A stretch of 64,000 nt of DNA from Malacoraja senta (Eukaryota). Positions within the stretch are counted from its first letter, which is position 1, and every line of letters begins with the position of its first letter. The position numbers and the translations under genes are program-made. Below the pieces are notes generated by a model that ran no database searches, was not told where the DNA came from, and saw only the letters and a list, made by a program, of their open reading frames with translations. Location: the NCBI GenBank assembly GCA_038087875.1, contig CM075985.1, positions 7,936,001 through 8,000,000 of the forward strand, in the 5' to 3' direction. Shown here in pieces: positions 1 through 10,100 of the stretch.

Positions 1-199
1 GTTTTTTCTTGATTCCTTTGGCATCTAAAAAGTTTCAGAAGGGATAAATCTGGCTGTAAAATTTTTAAATCACCCATGGTTCTCAAGTGGGTTATTACAT
101 ACAAAAATAAAACGTCACTGAAGCAAAATTTACAGCCAGATTTATCACTTCTGAGACTTTTTAGATACAAAGGAATCAAGAAAACCCCCAAATAATGCC

Positions 200-560
200 T
201 TACTGTTGATGAAATACAGTGAGCAAACGCGATAATCCGCCATATTTTCAATTCCGATATCTGCACGGCCAATGTTCGCCAAGCACTTTAGCTGCTGTTG
301 TCCCTTCAGCTGTCGCTTCTCTTTACCTTCATTTCGCTTCACTTTTGGAATTCTGAAGTTGGGTACATGTCTCTCACACTTACCCCGACTTCCACAATTT
401 TTTACAGCGAAAAAATTCAACATTTTGGCGGTTTTTAAACAGGTAGGAAAGTACGCGTTTCTTGCATTAATAACATATACCGGAAGTGACGGATGTCCTC
501 CAGATGGATTGAGCGGCTCCGTGCGTCAAGCCCTATGACCCGGTGACCTTACGTGCAACC
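200..560 (-). promoter_or_regulatory. CpG-rich promoter-like region with candidate first exon(s) of a gene running left out of the window
   Basis: YY1 CCGCCATATT (237-246), ETS ACCGGAAGTG (479-488), DR2 AGGTCAccGGGTCA (549-536, minus); minus-strand donors GTAAGT at 383 and GTAAGG at 203, each 40 nt after an ATG (423 and 243). Confidence 0.55.
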
Positions 561-589
561 CCACTATATGTCAGTTGATAGTCTGTCCC

Positions 590-1780
590 CTGTTATGAAG
601 ACAGATCAAGAAAGGGGAGAGGTTTCAGAGAGAGAATTTGGGGGCAGAGAGGTATCAGAGACTATTTTTAAACCCCTCTTCCCTAAAACTCTTGCGCATC
701 CAACACTGTAGAGTTCCCCTGATCTTCACCACCCCACCAGTCCCTGCATCCAACACGTCTTTCTCCGACACCTTTCAAGTTCAATCTATCGAATTATTCT
801 TATAATGAGGCTCGTACAACGACGTAATCGGAGTCTGTCTTTATTTAGCAACTCACTACAGCAGCTGCCTCGTGCTGCAACCCCGGGCCCTGCTGCTAGG
901 CCTCTCTCCGGTTACGCCCACAGCCCCACCTTCAGGCCGGATGCTGTCACTGCAGCCTGACCACTGGCAGCAGAATAAAGGCATTCCTTTATTATATTAT
1001 TCCATAATACCACACAATCTATCACCTTCAACATGATCCCACCACCACTCACATCTTCCCATCTCCACTGCGTTTTGCCTTCCTTCGCATCTCCTTGCTT
1101 CACTCATCCCTTCCCTCCCAATCCACTCCCTTCCCAGGTATTTTCACCTACATTCACAGGAGATCCATATACCTCCTCCCTCGTCTCCATCCAGGCACCC
1201 AGCAGTGCTTCCAAGTAAGACAGTGGTTCACGTGCGCCTTCTCCAATCTCATCATCTGCATCTGGTGTTCCTAACGTGGCCTCCTGCATATTGCCCAGAC
1301 TCGACGACCAGTTTGCGGAACACTTGCGATTGGACAGCCAAGGCCCACTGGATCTCCCGGTTGCTCACCATTTTAACCCCTCCCTCCCCCTCTCCTCTTC
1401 CCATTCCCATACTGACCTTTCTGTCCTGGGCCTCCACCATTGCCAGAGCGAGACCACGTACAAACTGAAGGGACAGCAACTCATATTCTGCTTGGATAAC
1501 TTACCACCCAGTGGTATGCGCATTTAAATCTCCAATTTTAGATAACCCTCATAAAGCTCCTACACCATAGCCCTCCTTTTCCACCCCGCCTATAAAATCC
1601 CCTGTCGCCAGAGTCTCCCCATCACCTGCCACGCTGCGTCCAGCGTCTCCTCGCTCCCCGCTTTCTTTTACCCCCATGTCAATCCGCCTGAAGAAGAGTC
1701 CTGACTGAAAAGTCACACATCCATGTTCTCCAGAGTTATCGCCCGAGTTACTCCGGCACTTTGAGTCTATTTTGTCAGCC
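590..1780 (+). mobile_element. Penelope-like element (GIY-YIG) remnant with 3' pseudo-LTR
   Basis: FAEHLR...LPVAHHFN...DLSVLGL...LIFCL..L.PSGM endonuclease C-terminus (1276-1527), followed by a degenerate hammerhead-type tail at 1688-1714. Confidence 0.8.
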
Positions 1781-2195
1781 ACAATGTGCAGTTGTTTGCG
1801 TTTCAATGACTTGGTTTTCAAACACAAACACACAGAGACATCATAAGCAAGAGGTGGAGCCTATGGTCCCGATCGTAGTCTCCACCTCTTGTCAATTGCA
1901 CCACTCTGCTGAGAAATATATACTCTGGTGAGCAACACCTTTTGCTGAAGCAACACCTTTCGCAACACCAGGCTGATGCGCGATCAAATCTGTTACGCCC
2001 TTCCCTTCTCCTGGCTCCTCTCCCGCTGCTCCGTTATCTCTTCCTCGTCAACCCTTGTCGCCCGCCCCGCGCAACTCTTTCCCCCTCTCCCCGCTTACAC
2101 TGCCCCCCTTGTGCCCCGTTCCTATTTCTCGCCAACCCTCCCCGCCCTTGAACTTGAAACGTTGAGGCGGTCAATGTGAAGGCGGGACCAACAGT

Positions 2196-2360
2196 GATAC
2201 ACAAAATATCGGAGTAACTCAGCGGGACAGGCAGTATCTCTGGAGAGAAGGAATGGGAGACGTTTCGGGTCGAGACCCTTCTTCAGACCTTCAGGTCACC
2301 CATTCCTTCTCTCCAGAGATGCTGCCTGTCCAGCTGAGTTACTGCAGCATTTTGAGTCTA
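2196..2360. repeat. Inverted pair of Penelope pseudo-LTR tails (hairpin) containing a hammerhead core on the minus strand
   Basis: Arms about 2200-2261 and 2296-2358 are reverse complements; minus strand reads CTGAAGA AGGGTCTCGACCC GAAAC GTC at 2286-2259. Confidence 0.75.
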
Positions 2361-2439
2361 TCTTCGATTTAAACTAGCATCTGCAGTTCCTTCCTACACA
2401 GTGAACTATCAGCTTTTATCCACGATGATCTAAATACAC

Positions 2440-2880
2440 ACGTTATTTTGATCGAATTGAGCCTCTCCTTTTGGTTTGTTCGGACACTAAACCCCCTGAA
2501 ACAGAAATAGCCCGGCCACCCCTACAAAGTTAAACACGTTTTCGTTTACAGCAGAACGCTGTGCAAAATAAAGAAAGGGAACCAATAGCCAATTTTGGGT
2601 GCGCAATGGCAACACGGAAGCAGTTCGGCAGGTCCACCCTTTCACATTTAATAAAATACGACTCACGGATAATTTCTGCAACGGCTGAGGTAACCGCCTT
2701 TTACCGGGTACTTGGGTCACACGCTGCACCATGCCCTGAAAACTGTGTACTTAGTTCTTAACCCGGTCAAATTGCGGTAGAGTTCATTGTGCCCGGGCAG
2801 TTTCAGTTGGGGCCCCGTCGAGACCAGTGTGCCCTACGTGAGGACGTGGACGTTTCACATCCGTATTCACCATGTTAGGG
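2440..2880. promoter_or_regulatory. Second CpG-rich non-repeat segment, possible regulatory element
   Basis: About 25 CpGs in 440 bp, tandem CCAAT boxes, CGGAAG ETS core, donor-like sites on both strands. Confidence 0.35.
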
Positions 2881-3354
2881 GATATGTCTTATGTTTTAGG
2901 AGGACTGATAAGGCCATACACAGTAAATGGTAAGTATTGAGGATCAGACGGACTTCAAAAAAAGCATATCTAAGGATCCCCAACTATAACAACACATGTA
3001 GATAAATTGTTGACACAAGGAAGTAGTTTACAAAAAGAGGCATAAAGTGCTTCAGTAACCCAGCGGGTCAGACAGTATTTCTGCAGAACATGGAAAGACG
3101 ACGTGTCGTGTCAGGAACCATCTTCAGCGAAATAGAAGAATTAAATACATTATCAAACACGAACATTGGATACTTGTTTTCATTAACTCTGCAAGTGCAG
3201 AAAGTTTATGGTACAACTATTTGATTGAAAGAAACAGCATTGAAACAGGCCCTTAGCCCACCAACCATCGATCGCCTATTCAAGCCAGATCTATGTTATT
3301 CCACTTCCTCATCAACTCCCTACACGAAGGGTGATTTACAAAGGCTAATTAACC

Positions 3355-3595
3355 TGATTGTTTGTAGTGGACGCCAGTCCACAGTCTGTCCCCTGTGATG
3401 GAGACAGAGATCAAAAAAGGGGAGATAGGTTTCAGAGATAGACTCTGATACCTCTCTGCCTCTGATCTCTTACACAAGGATAGACTGCCCTTGATCGTCA
3501 TCACCACCCAACCAGCCTCTGCATCCAACACATCATCCTCCAACATTTCCATGACCTCCAACATGATCCCACCACCGGTCACATCCACCCAGTCT
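3355..3595. mobile_element. Penelope-like fragment (inverted junction piece)
   Basis: Similar to 590-780 and 1020-1060. Confidence 0.6.
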
Positions 3596-3997
3596 TTCTT
3601 TAGGCACCTTTATTCACTGTAGAATCTCCTGTATTAATCAGCTCTTCATTTAAACTTGGTTTAAAAGGAATAAACTGAAGCCATGGTTTGGAAAAGCAGA
3701 AGTTCTCCATGGGAACTTGCTTCTCTTGATCTTTGCTGTAAAACTGATCAAAGGTTGAAGGCTTATTTGCAACTCCTGACTTCCATGCTTGTGGATTGCA
3801 ATGCAGAATTCAGAAATTTACGGAATTTACAAACACGACTTATATCTAATCAACGAAGTAAACAGAATTAAGAGAAATACATTGAGAATGATCACATAGG
3901 AAGATTTGGATGCAAAGGTTTGATCCAAGGTTTATTCAAGAATGTTTATTTGTGTTGAACTGTTTCATTATTTGCAGCTGCCCTCTCCATTAGTCTT

Positions 3998-4111
3998 TCA
4001 CTGAAGAACTGGGCTGTACACAGTCTCCTCCTCCTCCTCCTCCTTTCTAGCTCCCCGTGTCGTTGCCCATTGCAGTTTGGCATAGCAGATCTCCTCCTCA
4101 TTGGTTTCATT
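3998..4111 (-). CDS. Terminal cytoplasmic exon with ITIM (ICYAKL) and ITSM (TVYSPV)
   Basis: Acceptor TTTTGCCTTTTTTGTAG; NETNEEEICYAKLQWATTRGARKEEEEEETVYSPVLQ*; stop TGA at 4000-3998; candidate AATAAA signals on the minus strand at about 3945-3950, 3931-3936 and 3609-3614. Confidence 0.9.
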   Translation of the reverse strand, partial: NETNEEEICYAKLQWATTRGARKEEEEEETVYSPVLQ

Positions 4112-7100
4112 CTACAAAAAAGGCAAAACACAGTGCATTAACTTTTGTCTTTGTCTGAGGTTTAGTGTGCCAACCACTCAGCATGTTCTCAGTAATCTCA
4201 GTCTCAGTCATCAACAAAGTGTTGGGAAGTGCCAGTGAAGCTGCACTGACTCTCTAATAAATGGTTCACTGATGTCCAGTTCAGGTATTGCCAGATTTTC
4301 ACAGCTCCTGTCCTCATCACCTTAATAAATAAATTCAAACTCACGAGCCTGCTTCTGGTCTGGCTACGTGGAAATCACAGAGGGGACAGAGCAACATTTG
4401 CTTTGAATAAGAAACCGTAGAGTACTAAATATACATTCTATAGTTAAAAAATAATTAAATACTAGACTAAGTGGGACCCGTTGGGGGGGGCTGGTCCTGT
4501 CCTCATCTCCTTTCAGAGGTGAGAATATTGACTTTGCAGATGGCCAGGTACGATATTCTGTATCCTTGGCCAGTCAATAGTCAATGGGCATCAAGGAGAA
4601 ATCACTCCAATATGCAATTATACTTCAAAGAAAGCAAAATAGTACTTTACTGCCGATCACTTATACCATCTATCAGATATCTCATCAGGGGTTCCTCCAG
4701 GCAATGTGCTATGCCCAACAATCTTTCGGCACCAAGCGAAAATAACCATTTGCACTGACCATATCCAACAAGTGTGACGGTAACCACCTACCCTTGACAT
4801 TTAATGGCATTACCATTGATGAATCATCTAGTTTTGTTTCATTTATTATTGTTACACTATTTACCAAAAATTCAATAGGATCACCCATTTAATTACTGTT
4901 TCCTCACCATGTGATGCATAGTAGCATCACTAGCCTACCAGTAGCAGGCACAGGTTATTGATTGGGGACGATCAGCCATGATCACAATGAATGGCGGTGC
5001 TGGCTCGAAGGGCCAAATGGCCTCCTCCTGCACCGATTTTCTATGTTTCTATTTCTAATGAGTTGTTTGCTTGATTTTGTAATTGCAATTAAAACGTTGC
5101 AGGAGTATCCATGGTCCACATTAGGCTATTAAACATTGCCATACATACATTCAAACTCACGAGCCTGCTTCTCCTGGTCTGGTTATGTGGAAATCCCAGA
5201 GAATTCTGAGAGGGGACAGACAAACCAACATTTGCTTTGAATAAGTAACCGAAGAGGACTAAATGTACATTATCTTTTTTAAAAAATCAAATATTTACCA
5301 TGTTATTCCATTCAAGGTTCAAAGTTCGATTACTTTGAATTCTTGTTTGCTCTTGCATTCGTTTCCTTTCTATGAGAAATAATAATGAAGTGGAATAGTT
5401 TTAAAGTCTTTGTAGTAAAGTGAACTATAGTATAAGTAAGTAAGTAAGTAAGTTTATTGGCCAAGTATTCACACACAAGGAATTTGCCTTCGTGCTCTGC
5501 CCTCAAGTAACAACATGACATACAGTGACAGTTACGAATGACTCAAAACACTAAACAATAATAATAAAACATTAATGATAAAACACCATTGATCAAGCAT
5601 GTGAATCAACAAAATACCAGATATCTTATGTCATGTTAGGAATATATTATATAGCTTCAAAAGTAGACATATCTAATAATTTACTTCATATTATTATGTC
5701 AATTTAAAAAAGTGGGACAATAGATGCAAACACGGGATTAATGAAGGGAGAATCATGGTGCAGAATCAGGAGAGCACCTAAAAGTTTGCTTTCGGGAAAG
5801 TTGGCTGTGAAGTCACTTACTGCATGCACATTTTATAAGGAAGAGCACAAGAGGGAAAAGGCAAGCTGTTCCTCCACTTATGGAAAGTAAAATGGAAATC
5901 CAGGTACTCCATTTATGATCTGTGGAAAATTGGAATTGTTAAATCACGTTATGCATGGTCCATTTAAACAACTCCCCAGAACAATTTCAAGTTCAATATG
6001 TTTAATCATTTTATTTATAGAAACTTTTTGCAACTATTAATTTCCCTGCACTTTACAATTTATCTCTACCAATTAATCATTACCAAAGTATAGTTGCAGT
6101 ATTAATAATAATTTATAGTTTGCGTCGTCCCAAAGCTGTTTTCCTTTTGTATAAATGTACAAAGTTCTGTACAAATATAATTTAAGTTATCAATCAGAAT
6201 ATTTTGGCTTGGCCAGTTTATAATGCCATTTCACACCGTTTAATTTGATAAAAACTGGAGTTTGATTTCAATTGGTTAAAAACCCATTGGGCCTGAAAAG
6301 CCAATGAAGATCCTGGGAAAAGTTCTCAAAGAGTGAGGCTTCATCAACGTGACACATTTTTGTTGTTCAAAATAATGAAAATACAGATTCAGATTACTGT
6401 TATAGACTCCAGCAGGACACTGAATTTCTTAGTTTGCATGAAGCTCATAGAGTAAACAATAAATACATGAACAATAAATGCAGTGGCAAATGCAAAACAT
6501 GAGAATGGTGTAAAGATTATAGCGCAATCTGAAATAGTACAAATAAAAGTGTAAAATTGGAAAACTGAGTGAGATAGAGTTAAGAATAAGATTACATGGC
6601 AGCACCTCTGGGGAAAGGGGTGTGAAATGAGATGATTAGTTCAGGAGTTGGATAGCTATGGGAAAGTTGTTGTTATTAAGTCCGGATGTCTGAGCTTTCA
6701 AGGTCCAACTGGGAATGACCAGGATGGCATGTTAATGACTGATCTTTTCTGCTTCTATAATATCATCAACATTAACAAGAGTGGGTTAGCAGATTACCAC
6801 ATTCAGCAAAACAAAGGCGTACAGTTTTGTAAAAAGCAAAGTCCACCTGACAAAGACGTGGATCTGAATGGTTCTCTGAACCCCACTTTTTAAAAAGGGA
6901 GGGAGAGAGAAAACGGGGAATTACAGACCAGTTAGTCTAACATCGGTGGTGGGGAAAATTCTGGAGTCAGTTATTAAAGATGGGATAGCAGCACATTTGG
7001 AAAGTGGTGAGTTCATTGGACAAAGTCAGCATGGATTTATGAAAGGTAAATCATGTCTGACGAATCTTATAGAATTTTTCGAGCATGTAACCAGTAGAGT

Positions 7101-10100
7101 GGATAAGGGAGAACCAGTGGATGTGTTATATCTGGACTTTCAGAAGGCTTTCGACAAGGTCCCACATAAGAGATTAGCATACAAACTTAAAACACATGGT
7201 ATTGGGGGTTCAGTATTGATGTGGATAGAGAACTGGATGGCAGACAGGAAGCAAAGAGTAGGAGTAAACAAGTCCTTTTCAGAATGGCAGGCAGTGACTA
7301 GTGGGGTACCGCAAGGCTCAGTGCTGGGACCCCAGCTATTTACAATATATATTAATGATCTGGATGAGGGAATTGAATGCAACATCTCCAAGTTTGTGGA
7401 TGACACGAAGCTGGGGGGCAGAGTTAGCTGTGAGGATGCTAGGAGGCTGCAAGGTGACTTGGATAGGTTGGGTGAGTGGGCAAAGGCATGGCAGATGCAG
7501 TATAATGTGGATAAATGTGAGGTTATCCACTTTGGTGGCAAAAACAGGAAAGTAGACTATTATCTGAATGGTGGCCGATTAGGAAAAGGGGAGATGCAAC
7601 GAGACCTGGGTGTCATGGTACACCAGTCATTGAAAGTAGGAATGCAGATGCAACAGGCAGTGAAGAAAGCAAATGGTATGTTAGCATTCATAGCAAAAGG
7701 ATTTTAGTATAAGAGCAGGGAGGTTCTACTACAGTTGTACAGGGCCTTGGTGAGACCACACCTGGAGTATTGCGTACAGTTTTGGTCTCCTAATCTGAGG
7801 AAAGATATTCTTGCCATAGAGGGAGTACAGAGAAGGTTCACCAGACTGATTCCTGTGTTGACAGGACTTTCATATGAGGAAAGACTGGATAGACTCGGCT
7901 TGTACACGTTTGAATTCAGAAGACTGAGGGGGGATCTTATAGAAACTTACAAAATTCTTAAGGGGTTGGACAGGCTAGATGCAGGAAGATTATTCCCGAT
8001 GTTGGGGAAGTCCAGAACTAGGGGTCACAGTTTAAGGATAAGAGGGAAGACTTTTAGGACCGAGATGAGGAAATCATTTTTTACACTGAGAGTGGTGAAT
8101 CTGTGGAATTCTCTGCCACAGAAGGTAGTTGAGGCCAGTTCATTGGCTATATTTAAGAAGGAGTTAGATGTGGCCCTTGTGGCTAAAGGGATCAGGGGGT
8201 ATGGAGAGAAGGCAGGGATGGGATACTGAGTTGGATGATCAGCCATGATCATATCAAATGGCGGTGCAGGCTCGAAGGGCCGAATGGCCTACTCCTGCAC
8301 CTATTTTCTATGTTTCTATGTTTCTATCTCGGCCCAGGACTGTTACCAAAGTTGATCGTTGACCTAAGGAAATAGGGCTGGGGAGAGGGATGAACCCAAC
8401 CGTGTCCTCATTAACTGAGCGGCTGTGAAGATGGTCGACAGCTTAATGTTTCTTGGTATCTCTATCAGCAGCAACCTAACCTGGTCCCTTGACACTAATG
8501 CAGTGATCAAGAAAGCTCATCAGCGCATTTACTCTCTTATGTGCCTGAGAAGATTCAACATGTGCACGAGGATTTTCTTAAACTTCTATAGATGCACTAC
8601 CGGATGCATTGTGAAGGATGCATCTCAGAATGGTATGGGATCTGCTCTGTTCTTGACCATCTGAACCTGCAGAGAGTAGTGAACACAAAACAGTCCATCA
8701 CAGGACACAAAATGCTGGAGTACTGTAACTCAGCAGGTCAGGCAGCATCTTTGGAGAAGATGGATAGGTGCTGTTTCAGATCAGGACCCTTCTTCAGACT
8801 CACTCACCCTGACCTGCAATGGTTATTTTGTTTACCTGCATCTCCAGTCCATCACAGGCTTGTCTCTTCCTTCCATACAGTCCACCTTCATGGTGCATTG
8901 CATCAGGGAGGCTGGAAGTATTGTCAAATGTACCTGCTGTCCCGGCCATTCCTTTTTCTCCCTTCTACCTTCTGGGAGAGGATAGAGGAGCTTGAAAGCC
9001 CAGATGTCCAGAATTAAGAACCACTTTCCCATTGCTAACAGACTCCTGAAGCAATCATCTATTTTTCAACCCATTTCCAGAGATGCTCTATCTCATTTGA
9101 TTATTCTATTATTGTATTTTAATATTCTTTTACACTATATGGATTTTGCATGACAATCGTGCACGATTCTGCTGTTTTGCACTCGTCATCATATTGTTGT
9201 ATTTATCATTAGTGTATGTTTACTGTTACACTGTGAGCTTCGTATGAACAAGGAACAAGGAACACCCTCTTGGAGATGATAATAAACTAATCTGATCTGA
9301 ACTTGGGACTAAAACTTCTTGTTTTGAAGGCTTTATTATTTATAACTTCCACCACATTTAAAAATCAATCCACCTCTCCATTCAAATGTTGTGCTCAGGT
9401 TTTCCATTTTCTATAACTATTTTCAATTGTTTTGTTTATTTAAGTCCTTTTCTTTCTTGTTATTAGTTTATGAAATTATTTTATAGTGAGATCTTTAATT
9501 TTGTTTACATAAAGTTATTTGATTTCACTTTCCTAGTTAATTTATTTTTAAATGCTTTAACATATTTGAATTATTTCATCAGTATATTCACCTTCCAGAT
9601 CGGGTTTTGTACTTTTCATTTTCTTTAAAAATAACAAGTGCACAAAGTTATTTCTGGATTAGACCTGGTCAGACATATACTGAACTAAAAGATCAATTTG
9701 CTGACCTTTAGAAATAGCACAACACCAAAAACCACAAAACATGTTTTTCATGAATAGAGGAAATGGAAATGTGTGCGGAAAATGTTTGCACACTTTCTAG
9801 GTCATGTAAAGTGACATCGTTTTGTAATTCCTAAATTTAGTTTAGAATCAAATCCAGCTTTCGGATCCATATTCTAATGACATGTTTTACTTTTTAATTA
9901 GAAATTATATCTATATATATAATTTCTAATAAAAAAGTTTAATGTAATTAGAATAAGGATATATATATATATATATATACCTATTTGATGACTCAGACTA
10001 TCCTTGATCGGATATTGATGGCTTTACCTTGCATTAAACATTATTCCCTTATCAAATATCTATCTATACACTGTAAATGGCTCAATTGCAATAAAGTATT

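Noticed and set aside
145-538. ORFs 145-423 (-) and 272-538 (+) as single-exon genes
   Set aside because: No recognisable domain; strong internal donor sites suggest promoter or first-exon sequence instead.
6780-6880. Minus-strand hydrophobic stretch with Lys (WTLLFTKLYAFVLLNVVIC), resembling an activating-receptor TM exon
   Set aside because: It is the antisense of a Rex1/Babar RT fragment whose frame rejoins across the CR1 insertion. It contains a stop, and a proper TM exon exists at 5821-5919.
6946-8229. Long RT ORFs (also 19356, 25493, 26517, 37178, 44920, 55016) as host genes
   Set aside because: All are LINE or Tc1 derived, 5'-truncated or interrupted by stops and frameshifts; none is autonomous.
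8330-8368. Minus-strand acceptor followed by GQRSTLVTVLGR (J-like)
   Set aside because: Antisense of the Rex ELIVDLRK region; no donor, and it runs into the CR1 tail.
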